DNA of 64,000 bases, taken from the NCBI GenBank assembly GCA_002269645.1, contig NIVC01000247.1:434001-498000 (forward strand). Direction: 5' to 3'. Position numbers and translations under genes: made by a program. Within the stretch, counting starts at the first letter, position 1; every line of letters starts with the position of its first letter. Under the pieces are notes generated by a model. The model was not told the DNA's origin. It made no database searches and worked only from the letters and a program-made list of their open reading frames with translations. The stretch comes from Macrostomum lignano. Taxonomy: Eukaryota. Positions 1 through 12,603 of this stretch are shown here, piece after piece.

Positions 1-241
1 TTTTGAAAATTCTATAATTTGAAGCAAATACATATTTTTAAACTTTGGTCAAGATAATAATTAGTAGCTAATATGATTCTATAATCATATCATCTGTATA
101 CTCAAAGTCTTGAATGACAACTCTTGACTAACATTCTTTATGCAATGTTATATACTTGTCATGCTTTTGGCACTGCCACCTTTCAATGGCAATATAACAT
201 GTAGTACTGCCCTGCTCTTCAACTTTATAACATAATATGAC

Positions 242-512
242 CAGGGGCGTAGCGGGGGGGGGGTATCGGTATATCGGCCGATACCCCCAAATTTCCAAAG
301 CAACATTTTTTTCCTTTTTTTAGTTGCAATTGTGACCAAAGAGAAAGGAAGAGAAAGGTATCCAAATCAAAAGAATAACAATTAACAAACAAATAGAGTA
401 ATTATATGTATTATGCACTAGAAATACATTAAGGGGATATGTAGATCTCAAGCCCTTGCTTTCTGATAACAGCTAACCGATACCCCCCAAAAAAATCCTG
501 GCTACGCCCCTG
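242..512. mobile_element. Non-autonomous hAT-type MITE (~270 bp) in NDUFA10 upstream intron
   Basis: Terminal inverted repeats CAGGGGCGTAGC (242-253) / GCTACGCCCCTG (501-512). Sub-terminal CGATACCCCC motif near both ends. Flanks AATATGAC (234-241) and AATGTGAC (513-520) form an 8-bp TSD with 1 mismatch. CAG termini plus an 8-bp TSD are typical of hAT elements. Confidence 0.75.
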
Positions 513-1761
513 AATGTGACATTTTAAATTTTGAAAATGTGACAGATAGCTAGCCATCTGCTATTTGTTAAATTATTCTAATATAGATTTTCAAGTTGCA
601 TCCAATGAGCAGAAACAAGGCTGTATATATGCTTAGTTTGAGTAAGGTACAAATTTATATATTTATGATATGCAAAAAGGTAGCAATTATACTACAAATT
701 GATATAACCAAAGTATATTAGGTTTTTTGCTGGCATTAAAATGCAAAATTGTATCCAAGGCCCAATTTAAGAATGCAATCTGGAAAGTCAAGATAATACA
801 TGATATCCCCAATGCACAAAAAATAAAATTAAATACATAGGCTTTAAACCATTGTTGAAGTTATGTTCTAGGGGTAAATGTTCTATCTTGAAAAAGAATC
901 CCAAAAATCTATCATCAAGTTGTACTAGGGTTTTTTGCTTCTACCCTTAAAAAACTTTTACCCAAATTTGTACCAATGGTTCTAATGTAGTCTAGTAGCA
1001 TTTTCATGTATTTTGGTTTTTATTGATACATTTTGTTTGAACTGCTTGAGATTTAGTTCACAAAACAAGTTAGTTTGATGGTTTTGTTTAACAAAAAATC
1101 CGCCTATGTATAGTTGTTTTCTCCCAAATGTTTATAACAAAAAAGTAATTCCCCAAAATATTTTGTGTTTTTTTTGCATTTTAAAACAAGTTTTGATTTT
1201 TTTTAAACAAAAAATATTTAGCCTCTTGCATAAGTTCAATTTAGTACAAATAATTTTGTTTTTTAATACAATAGTTGAATAGCACTACCTTAATCAATAT
1301 ACCAAAGAAAAAAGAGCAATTAGATTATAAGCCACATATCAATGCTAGTGAAGTTTTGGGCTAGTAAACAATTTAAAATTTTTTATCTTTTAAAAGGGGC
1401 CTATTTAGGTTTAGGTATATCTAGAACTCATTCTTCATGTTTTCTGATATTAGACTGTCTTTTTAGATTGTTTTTTAGTCTATGCTTGTAAGTTATCAAT
1501 CTGTACCACTTTTTTTCAAGGCTCTTTGATTTTTAAAGTCAACTGTGTTTTAGTGATTACATCAAATATACCAACATCCTTTAAACTGCTAAGCCTTTCT
1601 GATCCCCAGATGTTTTAGATGTCTGCAGATTCAATGTTAACAGATTACTTAAATTAAAAAATTGAGTGTAAAGCGTGAATCAAAATTGATATATCATGAC
1701 ACATGGTATGACACAAACCCATCTGACTTCAATGCTGATCATTTTTGCCCCCCCCCATCAG

Positions 1762-3587
1762 GCCAAGGCTTTGTGATGAACCGCAGTCCATTCGCCACGT
1801 ACGTTTTTGCCCGAGCCATGGCCGAGTGCGGCCTTCTGTCCAGCGATGCCCGAGACTGGCTGCAGTACTATGACAAGCACGTGAGCTCTGTACTGTTCCG
1901 GCCGCACCTGATTGTCTACCTGCGCTCCCCAGTTTCACTCAGTAGGCGCAATCTGGATAAGCGTGCCGTGCCCTGGGAGTCTGGCATCACTGACAAGTTC
2001 TTGGAGGTGATCAAACAGGTCTATGAGAGCGAGTATCTGGATAAGGCTACCAGGTATGCTGCTTTGTGATGTCTATGGCCATAACTCTACTTAATAATCT
2101 GATTCGTCTGTCTTGAGCACCTTGTCTTAGTCTAACCCTAAAAGATACTAGAATATCTAGGTGGACCACTCCTGGGCATATATACTTAGCAAAACAGCTT
2201 TCTACTTTCAGTTCAGTAGCAAAGAAGAATACATAAGCTATTTTATAAAAATAAAGTCAGCTGAAATGACTTTGATAAACTTAGAAGCCCAAAGCTTGCA
2301 GGCGCAAACAACTTGCTAATTGGTTCAGCAATAATGTACATTAGCCAGTCCACGGAAATGTACATGGCAGCTTTGGGCTGGAATTCCGAGTAAGGCAATC
2401 AAAATTAGGGTAGTGAGGAAAGGCGCGGTTGGAGGATTTAAGCTAGGGGATACTAAGAGCGAATAAATAAGCCTTGGATTTGAAAATAAATTAAAATACT
2501 TCATGTTAAACTTACAACTGAACTGAAAGTAGCTTACACGCAAATATGCTGAGTAGCCCATCTAGTTATTCTAGCATCTGTGGTCTACTAATCCAACTTA
2601 CATCCCCTAGGTTCTCCGAGGTCACCACCATCGATGTTGAAGATTACGATTTCAATGACGAAAATGACGTCACATACATTGCCGAGCAGCTGTGCAAAAT
2701 CGATCTGGACCAGAAGCACCTGTCAACCGATATTGACACTAAGCTGATCCACTGGCGTCAGGCCATGTTCAATACTGACTCCAAATACTTCAGCAGAATG
2801 CGCTTTTCCAACACCAGGGTTTGTATTGAACGGCTGTTTGGAATCCAGGTTTGTATTTTTTGTTTATGACCTGGCCATTTCCTATGACCTAATCCACGTC
2901 CCATGACCTGACCCTTTTCCCATGGACCCTGACCCATTTTCCATGACTCGGACCCTTTTCCCATGACCTGACCCATTTCCCATGACCTGACCCATATCCT
3001 ATGATTCTGACCAATTTCCTATGACCTGACCCATTTCCCATGAACTGACCCATTTCCCATGACCCTGACCCATTTCTTATGACCTAACCCATTTCCTATG
3101 GCCTGACCCATTTCCCATGACCTGACCCATATCCTATGATTCTGACCAATTTCCTATGACCTGACCCATTTCCCATGACCTGACCCATTTCCCAGGGACC
3201 CTGACCCATTTTCCATGACTCTGACCCTTTTTCCATGATCTGACCCATTTCCCATGACCTGGCCCATTTCCCAGCATGACCCAACCTGACCCCTAGCTGA
3301 CACCCCCTGACCCGTAGGTCCCAGACGACATGCCAGAAGGCGGCCTGACCATGGCGGAGGCCAAGCGAGTGGTAACTCTGCTGAAGCGGGATCCCAGAAT
3401 GCACCAGTGGTCGGTGCTGAACCCCTGGGACGGCGGCTCCACCTTGGACGTGCTGCTTGGCCGGGTTCGGCACAACCCGCTGCGCAGGACCTACCGCTAT
3501 GACGAGGACACGCTGAAAGAGATGGCCATGTATCGGTCATTCGGCTATTACAGCCGCACTGTGGAGCCCGTGTACGCGATAGACTGA
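1762..3587 (+). CDS. NDUFA10: NADH dehydrogenase (ubiquinone) 1 alpha subcomplex subunit 10 (deoxynucleoside-kinase fold), 5'-partial; join(1762..2053,2611..2848,3318..3587)
   Basis: Exon 1 reads GQGFVMNRSPFATYVFARAM...RPHLIVYL, matching NDUFA10 GQGVVLERS.YSDFVF.EAM and PHLVIY. GT-AG junctions are phase-consistent (CAG|GC; AG|gtatgc..tag|G; CAG|gtttgt..tag|GTC). Stop at 3585-3587 and AATAAA at 3667. The N-terminal P-loop exons were not found in the window. Confidence 0.85.
2866..3292. repeat. ~19-bp minisatellite (CCATGACCTGACCCATTTC)n filling an NDUFA10 intron
   Basis: Directly visible tandem units running almost to the 3317 acceptor. They generate the spurious MGQV/WEMGQ ORFs. Confidence 0.95.
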
Positions 3588-4280
3588 ACTGCTTTGGACT
3601 ACTGACAGTAACTAGACTGGTGTTGAACTGGAGTTCTTTATAGTAGTTACTAGCCTAATAAATTTAAATAAATATTAATAACAGTTAGATGTCAAGTTTG
3701 TCAAAATAATCTTTAAACCAACTCTGCTAACTTGCACTCACTCTGCCCATTGCTGTCAAAAAAGAAGTTTGGGAATCCAACAAATATATGATAAATATAT
3801 TCGTTTGTAAAAAAGCTAGCTTAGAATTTTATTCAAACAAAATAGACAGAAACTTGTGTTCCTACTGTCAGTAGGAAAATTAGCAAATCGCTTCCAGTTT
3901 TTTCCGTAGTGTTTATATTTTTGCTTTTTTGAATTATCAAAAAGTAACTAATGGCGCGCTCAACAATAGTAGAGATGGATGGCAGAATCTGCTGTACATG
4001 TATTATTTATGATAATAAGCAAATATGGTAAAATAGGGTAGAAAAGAGTTTAAAATGCTTAAATATACAGTGTAGGAAAAACGTATACTGGCAGTTTTTT
4101 CTCAGTGTCTGAAAGGGCCAAATGTACTTTTTTACAGATGCGCCTACTGCTCGTCTTTTGTTGTCCACCTAGGAACTGCCTCTGCAGCCTGCATTCAATT
4201 CTGCAGCCTGAGCCATGTACAGTCAGCTCTCATTATTTGAAGAGAGAACTATCAGAGTGGCATAATCATTTAGAATGAGC

Positions 4281-4682
4281 GAAACAAGGTGCTAAGTGGC
4301 GCCAAAACTAGAGCTAAGTAGCGCTGAAAGCTGGGTGCTGAGTGGCGCCAAAACTAGAGCTAAGTAGCGCTGAAAGCTGGGTGCTGAGTGGCGCCAAAAC
4401 TAGAGCTAAGTAGCGCTGAAAGCTGGGTGCTAAGTGGCGCCAAAACTAGAGCCAAGTAGCGCCGAAAGCTGGGTGCTAAGTGGCGCCAAAACTGTTGCTA
4501 AGTGGCGCCAAAACAGCGGGTGCTAAGTGACACGAAAACTTGGTGCTAAGTGGCGCCGAGACAGGGTGCTAAGTGGCGCCGAAACTGCTAAGTGGCGCGC
4601 AAAACTGGTGCTAATTAAGTGGCGCGAAAACTGGGGGCTAAGTAGTGCCGTAACAGGGTGCTTGCTAAGTGGCGTCAAAAAA
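4281..4682. repeat. Degenerate ~20-44-bp tandem array (GGTGCTAAGTGGCGCCAAAAC core)
   Basis: Repeated core visible, with a 44-bp higher-order unit near 4290-4470. Confidence 0.9.
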
Positions 4683-5329
4683 GGGTCCAAAATAGCACAA
4701 CCAGCTCCGCTAGCATGCAAAGTAGAACAGCGTTTTAATGGCAAGGATATAAATTATCAATATTAACGCATTTTATACGCATCTGCCAGCAGCCAAGCAA
4801 TAATCGAGTCTTTAAAGCATTTCCCGTTGAGTGCAGCAGCAGCAGCCAGTATACCTAGCCATATTCCTTTCCTGTGCAAATACAATAAAACTCGATGCTC
4901 CACCCTAAGCCACCCCATTGCCCAAGTCGCTGGGCATCAGTCAATAAGGCAAAGGTAAGCTATACGCTTTGTGTCTCTAACGGGGAATATTGATTCGCTC
5001 GATGGCCTCTGTCATGCGTGAATCGCTGGGACGAATTGGGAAAGGGGATGAGGCTAAGCATCAAGGGGCGCTACTGCTGCTGCTTCTGCTGATTATTATT
5101 GGGCTTTGGGGTGAGACCAAGAGGATGCATGGTAAGTCGTTGAGGGTGGTGCCTGACTGACTGACTGACGCGCAGTATTGACACACGCGCTTATATCAAT
5201 ATATTATACTTCTGTTCCTATTGCATTCCATATAAAAGTACACTCGTTGAGCAGGATTTACCAGTGGCAAGCTCCTGCGTGGGTGTGTCAAAAAATGACT
5301 ACATTTTATTTGATTCATTGTCAGTCAGA

Positions 5330-5833
5330 GGACATTTTTAGTATACACACTTATTTATTACTCTACAGTTAGTTTTTAGTATAGTGGACTAGCAATCTTG
5401 TGCCCCCCTTCGGGGCTGCCTATAAGCAAAGGACGAAAATTATTTGTGTATCCTACATGTATTTATTTGCCTTCACATCTCAGCAATTCCCCCAAGCCTA
5501 TTACATGATTCTTCTTTGATGTTTAAATGCCGCTTATTTTATGTTTTACATGGTGCCTTTTCATATCTTTGCATTACGCTTCTTTTATTTTTCACATGGT
5601 GCCTTTTCATATCTTGCATTACGCTTCTTTTATGTTTCATGGTGCCTTTTCATATCTTGCATTACGCTTCTTTTATGTTTCACATGGTGCCTCTTTTATG
5701 TTTGACGAGATTCTTTTTTATTTTTTACAGGATGTTTTATTTATTTTTTACATTGCAGTTACTCAGAACACATTTTTAGTATACACGCTCACTCGTTTAT
5801 TACTCGATGACTCATTTTTAGTATAGTGGACTA
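5330..5833. mobile_element. Probable non-autonomous Helitron-like/rolling-circle element fragment with an internal ~45-bp tandem repeat
   Basis: The end motif TTTTAGTATAGTGGACTAG occurs at about 5374-5392 and 5815-5833. ACATTTTTAGTATACAC...TTATTACTC is duplicated (about 5331, 5771). The internal repeat CATGGTGCCTTTTCATATCTTGCATTACGCTTCTTTTATGTTT occurs about 3.5 times (5548-5700). Confidence 0.4.
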
Positions 5834-6420
5834 GTTAGCTATTTTTGACTCCCCCGTCGATTAGACAACAAAGAAAGAAATAACTTTTTATAAGCCCATG
5901 TAGGAGTGTAATTATATGCAGTTAAAAAAAGTTAAGGTCAAAAAGGTTTCAACCTTGTTAACAATCGACCTACGCTTTTAAAGTACACCTGAGTAGTGGA
6001 GAGCAAATACGGGCAAGTTATAAAATTCAAAATAAGCTTTGCTTTTACTGTTGATATATATCCGCAGCCGATGTCCTTTCTGCAAATAAATAGCTAGTAC
6101 ATTCTGCTCAACCGAGACGAGAAGTGACTCCTCATCTGATCCTCAATGCCAGTTCCAGCTGATCAGAGAAGCCGGTCCTCACAACACAGCAAAGCTCAAC
6201 TTTGAAGAATCCAATAAAGAAATATGACAGAATTGGCGCGGGAATGATTGAGAAAATCTCTTCACGCTTCCGAGTCCCATTCTGACTTGTCCAGGCTTTT
6301 AGCTGCGATGTAAAGCTGCGATATTGACATAAGTGACGACATGTACTCGTAATTACCATTATGCAGAGGCATACCCGAGGGGGTTGGCGGGGTCAACAGG
6401 GATGGAACGTAGTGCACTGT

Positions 6421-6665
6421 TTTTTGTGCCATGTAGCACCCCGTTTTTGCGCTATTTAGTACACGGTTTTTGCGCTATAGTTTAGCACCCTGTTTTTGCG
6501 CCATGTAGCACCCTCTGTTTTGGCGCCCTGTAGCAGCCTGTTTTTGCGCCATGTAGCACACGGTTTTAGCGCTATAATTTAGCACCCTCTGTTTTGGCGC
6601 TACGTAGCAACCCTGTTTTTGCGCTATTTTAGCACACGGATTTTGCGCTATTTAGCACCATGTTT
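6421..6665. repeat. Degenerate ~22-bp array (GTTTTTGCGCCATGTAGCACCC), reverse-complement relative of the 4281-4682 array
   Basis: GTTTTGGCGC..TAGCAC units are the reverse complement of GTGCTAAGTGGCGCCAAAAC. Confidence 0.8.
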
Positions 6666-7576
6666 TGGTGTCTTGATTCCCGGGATAGAATGACGTCAAA
6701 TATGTACTCAGTTTGGCCCTTTCTGGGACGAAACATTTCTGCTACCCATTTGACCCTACTATCTATTTAAATTCTTTGTCAGGATTTACAGCCTAGACTC
6801 ACTCCGAATCCTGCGGCCAGGGCCCGGCGGTGCATGCCTGAAATTGATCTAGCAATTTCATTTTCTACCCGAGGATTAAAGCGAAGGGATTAATTTTGTA
6901 GAGCCGAAAGCCTCGCAGTGCAGATGAATGCCTGAGCTAATACTTGAGGTCTCTGGAGAGGGGGCTTGTGCTCGACTCGGTTTTGCTGCAGAGGAGCTCG
7001 TTCACTCCCGACAAGCAAATTGCATTTCCAAATGAATATATATATTTATGAATTGATAAAATTGGAACCAGTGGGATATTATTTCTATATATATATTCGA
7101 TCGTAAATTGGAATAGCCTCGCAAGGCGCGCCCGGGGGCCCCGAAGGTCTTGGAAGTCATTTTTCTTGTTTTGTTTTAATCATGCGCTCACTCAAACATG
7201 AGGTATCTGTAAGGGCCTTTTCTAACAGTATAGATCCTACGGAGCTAAATTAGATCAAAATTTATTGTGTGCTTAAATAAACGAACCGTACACATTTATT
7301 TATTGACAATCAATCAAGCTTAGAGGAATTTGGGTGCACTGGATCAAAAATAACAATAGAGATGATGGTATAACGGGGTGCATCTTGGCGAACTTTTAGT
7401 TATTTGTACCAACTACCTGGTCTAAACAGTGTGCCAAGGACAGTGTTTCTAGTCGTGATGGCTGCACATAGCTTCGACATATTTATGATAAAGTTAGTGC
7501 GTAAACTTTACTGCACAGCGTATTAAAATCAAGTAAGTACTACATGGGTTCCTTTGTATTCTGGTAACTGACGTTT

Positions 7577-9658
7577 TCAGCCGCTGCTGCCACCTTGAGC
7601 TCCGGCCGCGTCCTCCTGTCGCTTCCTCGTGTCGATGATACGAAAGGCTTCCAGGAACTCGTTGAAGTCGATGTACCCATCGCTGTTGAGGTCCATCGAG
7701 CGGGCCATGTCGCCGACCTCCGCCTCGGTCATCTGACGGCCCGTGGCCTGCGTCAGCACGCGGCAGGACTCCTGGAACTCGTCCAGACTAATCTGGCCGC
7801 TGTTGTCTTTGTCCATGATTCTAAAGATGGTCTCCAGCTCCTCTTTGTTTTTGTACACTGCCTCAGTGAGCGAGCCAGCGACCTCTTTGCCAGCGCTGGC
7901 TCCCAGCTTGGTCTGGATGCTGACGCAATCGAAACTGGTCATGTACAGCAGTCGGCCGTCCTTAGCCAGCTGGGCCAGGTGCGGTCGCAGCGTCCGCCAC
8001 GGCAGGCCCAACCTCAGTGTCTGCTCCATCGCTTCGCACCAGTCGGCCAACCGGATGGAACCGGTTTTATCCGGATCAAAGCGCTGAAAAGCGGCGGTCA
8101 GTTCTGTCTTGCTGGCGATTACCTTGGCCCGAAGGTCCTTCAGCGCACCCTCTTCAACGGTGGACAGTCGCCGGCCTACTGGCAGCTTCCGCGCCTTGCT
8201 GGCCATGTACTGGACGATGTGCGGCTTGCCCTCCGCGTCAAACTTTGCATAGGCGCCCTTGTTGCTACCGTCCTCGTAGTAGTTGGAGGCGGAGAACAGA
8301 GTCAGCACGGCGCCGCCGTGGCAGAACTCCCAGCCGTCTGGTTTGCACTCGTGCGAACGGACAAGCAGCGAGAACTTGTGCTTTCGAAGAAACGCCTCGG
8401 TGATATTCGGCCCGAAGTAGCAGCCGCCACCGCGGAAAGTGTTCGGTGCGCAGCCGGCCTGGGGCTTTGGGTCGCTCCAGAGCAGGTCCAACACCTGACG
8501 CCACTCTTTGTAGTCGACCTTTGCGTTCTCGTTGTCGCTAACGGGCGGTTTCAACGCCGACAGGTACTGATGCCTGTCTAGCTTCTGAACACGCTCCATG
8601 TCCACCTTGTCGGAGATGCCGCCATGAGTCACTAGGATTTTGTCGTCGATATTTGTCGCCAGAGGCAGCCAGGAGAAGGTGTCGCCAAAGAGACGTACAA
8701 TCTTATTAGCAGGCGTCTTATACTTGGCTTGCACCTCCTTGATGAAGCCGTAGCGGCAGTTCATGAGGTGGTCCTCGTGGTTTCCCCGGTTGATGAACAC
8801 GGCGCTCGGCCAGACCAGCAGGCAGGCGAACAGCAGGGCCGCCGTCTCCACCGAGTTTGCGCCTCGGTCCACGAAGTCACCGTTGAATACGTATGGGTTG
8901 GTGACGTCCGGCAGTCCGTTCTTGTAAAATATCACCAGTAGGTCGTCTAGCTTGCCATGCAAGTCGCCAACAACGGTGACCTGTCGCGAGATGCTGGTGC
9001 TGGCCTGGTACACGTTCGGCTTGGTCTTCAGCAACAGGCGAGCCTCGTGCAGCAACTGCAGCAAGTAGCGCGAGTGCAGTTGCGTGCCCTGACGGAAGCT
9101 GTCAATCAGTACCTGCACGTGGCTGGCGCTTAGCGGGAAGCTTAGATGGGGACCGCGATAGCTCTTTTCAACTTGGATGCCTTCGTAGCTGGTCAGTTCC
9201 AGGAGCTCCTGGTCCTCCTCTTCGAGGCTCTTCTGGCGAAGCCGTTCGGCGAAGCGGTTGTTGGCAGGGTCGCCGGAGCCGGCGGGACTCAGGTGCTGCT
9301 GCTGGGGCTGCTGGGGCTGCTTTCCGTCTGCAAGCTGCATCATGTCGCTGAAGAAATTGTACAGGTGCAGCTGGCTGGCCTCGCTTGAGTACTCGATGCT
9401 CTGGTAAATCATCCAGGTGGTGCGGCGTCTGGCCTCGAGGCGGGCCTTGTACCTGCGGTACCACTTCTGGATGAGCAGAGCGGATTTGATGCTCAGAGCC
9501 TCCACAGAGGCATCGGTGACGTCTTTGCCGCCAGTCTGCGGCGACTTCGATCGTTTTTGCTTGCCATGTTTCTTGCCGTCGTCTTTTTGCTGCTTCTGCA
9601 GCGGTTGCTGTTGCTGCTCCGAGTCGTCATCGGCGCTGGAGCTCGGCCCGCAGCCCAT
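7577..9658 (-). CDS. PPEF: Serine/threonine protein phosphatase with EF-hands (PPEF/rdgC/PP7 family), single coding exon, 693 aa from MGCGPS
   Basis: N-terminal MGCxxS acylation motif and IQ motif (IQKWYRRYKAR). PPP motifs GDLHG, GDFVDRG, GNHE, HGG, RSHE and SASNY are present. C-terminal EF-hands DPDKTGSI, DKDNSGQISLDEF, DLNSDGYIDFNEF. The track ORF starts at TTG 9772; the first ATG is at 9658. Confidence 0.95.
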   Translation of the reverse strand: MGCGPSSSADDDSEQQQQPLQKQQKDDGKKHGKQKRSKSPQTGGKDVTDASVEALSIKSALLIQKWYRRYKARLEARRRTTWMIYQSIEYSSEASQLHLYNFFSDMMQLADGKQPQQPQQQHLSPAGSGDPANNRFAERLRQKSLEEEDQELLELTSYEGIQVEKSYRGPHLSFPLSASHVQVLIDSFRQGTQLHSRYLLQLLHEARLLLKTKPNVYQASTSISRQVTVVGDLHGKLDDLLVIFYKNGLPDVTNPYVFNGDFVDRGANSVETAALLFACLLVWPSAVFINRGNHEDHLMNCRYGFIKEVQAKYKTPANKIVRLFGDTFSWLPLATNIDDKILVTHGGISDKVDMERVQKLDRHQYLSALKPPVSDNENAKVDYKEWRQVLDLLWSDPKPQAGCAPNTFRGGGCYFGPNITEAFLRKHKFSLLVRSHECKPDGWEFCHGGAVLTLFSASNYYEDGSNKGAYAKFDAEGKPHIVQYMASKARKLPVGRRLSTVEEGALKDLRAKVIASKTELTAAFQRFDPDKTGSIRLADWCEAMEQTLRLGLPWRTLRPHLAQLAKDGRLLYMTSFDCVSIQTKLGASAGKEVAGSLTEAVYKNKEELETIFRIMDKDNSGQISLDEFQESCRVLTQATGRQMTEAEVGDMARSMDLNSDGYIDFNEFLEAFRIIDTRKRQEDAAGAQGGSSG

Positions 9659-11055
9659 CTTGCTCGGGTCGCCTCCGTCGTCTCTTTTGCCGCCGGCGCC
9701 TTTGCTGCCACCCGCCTTGTCGCTGGACGACTTGGACTTGCGAAACCTGAGCGAGGTGAAGTGTTGTTTCAAATCACAAAGTATCAGTTTACGAGCATTT
9801 TATAGGCGCTTCAGCAGCTGCTTCAGCCAGGTAGTCCGAATTTGAGATGATTTAGGAAACATGGGTTGAGAACTCTACTTTTCTTTCCTGCTATCGCGAA
9901 TTTAAAGGGGCGAGAGCAGTCCTGCCTCGCCTCGATTGGCTGCTAAAATTGACAGATCGCGTGACCCGCTCAACTTTTCTGCTTCCGTGGCTTCTCAGCT
10001 CCGTCTCTGTCATTTATATCTATCCCTCAGCCATCAATTCTTTCGTTTGTCTCTCTCAACAGCGCATCTTCCTTGCTGTGCTCAACCGGCTATAGGGAAA
10101 ACAAGCAGTCTCAGTGAGCCGGCATTTGCTAAGCTGTTGAATGAGACTGGCGGGTGAAAACGCCTCTCAGGGCTTCCCCCTTGCACGTAAATCCGGGAGC
10201 TCCACGACCTTCTTTAAAGACTCGATTTTTTGTGCTCTTGTATATTTCTACTGCAGAGTGGCCGAGACTCTATTGTAGGGCAGAGATAGACTCCCAGCTT
10301 GCAATCCCTGAGTAGTTTTATAAACGGTTGAGACAGCCGTCTACTCTGGGGATTTCGTCTATCGTCGCAGGCTTTCCCCACGAGAGCGAATTTCGTGGAA
10401 ATAGGGACTTAATACTGTACCCACTTAGAGCTGTCAACCACATCGCTGGGTAAAAGGCTGCAACTTCTCCGTGCCCGTAAGTTCGACAAAATGAATATTG
10501 ATAGATTCGAACGTCCTGAGTCAGAATTTGACTACAGGCACTTAGGATTGCTCTACAGACTTTCATTACTTTTTCCCTTTGACCCTCCCTCCGTTGCTCA
10601 GTTCGTACCCTAACCTCCTGCTCAGAGCTCAAAGTTATTTCTCTTAATGAAAGAATCCGTTGAACTGTAAACTATCTTCAGCCATCGAACTGGAGTTTTT
10701 TCAATCGATTTGATCTGACAGTTAATCAAGTAAACAAGATTGAGTGTCTTTGTGACTAACAGGGAGCCTAAATCATTAATCCTGAATTTGTTTTCACCGG
10801 AAACTAATTCTTATTAACGTGGTACGAAAACTAACTAACAATCTTAAGCATTATTGAATCTAAATACTAAAGGCAATTACTCATGATTTGCAAATTACAA
10901 CTGGGGAGTCCTGCGTAGATCTGCAGATTATGAATACATGTACTAGATTTAAATACTTCTTAGTTTTATTCAATAGTTAAGTTAGTCATAGTCATCAAGT
11001 TACTTAGTCATAGATAGGTTGGTGTTCTTGTCCATCTGCCGCTGTGTCTGTTTAT

Positions 11056-11872
<817 letters not shown>

Positions 11873-12603
11873 CTTTCCGACACATGGCAACTTCTGACAC
11901 TCTATACTGCAAAAGCAAACAGATACCATCCATTAATTTATGTACATGATGCTTATAGGTGTGAAAATGAGGCCTAATGAGGGTTAAAAATCTATTAATG
12001 CAGATTCCTGCCAGCTGTCATCAGGAGAAAGGCATAACTAGTATCCTAATTTCTACATTATTATTCAGCAGGTTTGGTCTCTAATTTAAGGTCAAATTCA
12101 GTAGATGAAATCATTCATTAGCAAGTCGACTACAATATGATGCAGATTGAACCCTCTGTTACAATGCATGTCTCAGAAGTCTAAGGGCTCGTCCAAACTA
12201 GATGAGTCTTCAAATCACACGACTGAAGCACACAAAGCGCTGTAAAATTAGAACTTCGAATCCTTTTATAAAGACAATTCGTCCTGTGATACTACTTATA
12301 GTGGTACTTACTTTATTCGTGCATTTATTTCTACGGACACCTGATACGTGTTATTTCATGGCTGTTTTGAACGGATTTGAGATATTCTTTTTGCTGTTTG
12401 ATGCTTCCACAAAGCTGGAAATTCAATCCGCGTTTCTCAGCCTGTTTGAATTGCTTGCGAGGAAGCACAGGTGATATTATAGTACCTGTGTCCCACTGCT
12501 TTATTTATATTTGATTAGCATGGCTTTTGACATTCAAAGTTACGAAAACGGACATTCAAGCTGCAATCCTACAGAACAAAGACATGTAGATTGGGCCAGA
12601 GAG

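Noticed and set aside
1662-1761. Track-predicted N-terminus of the 1662 ORF (MSVKRE...)
   Set aside because: AT-rich with a non-ATG start, and it lies upstream of a clear C-tract CAG acceptor at 1761, so it is intronic.
7595-9845. Several antisense or alternative-frame ORFs overlapping PPEF (e.g. 7595-8581 +)
   Set aside because: Expected shadow ORFs of a GC-rich coding exon; no recognisable motifs.
9800-9862. Upstream ATG (9862) in frame with PPEF
   Set aside because: TAA at 9802-9800 stops it after 20 codons. No GT donor precedes the stop, and the GT at 9792 would give the wrong phase.
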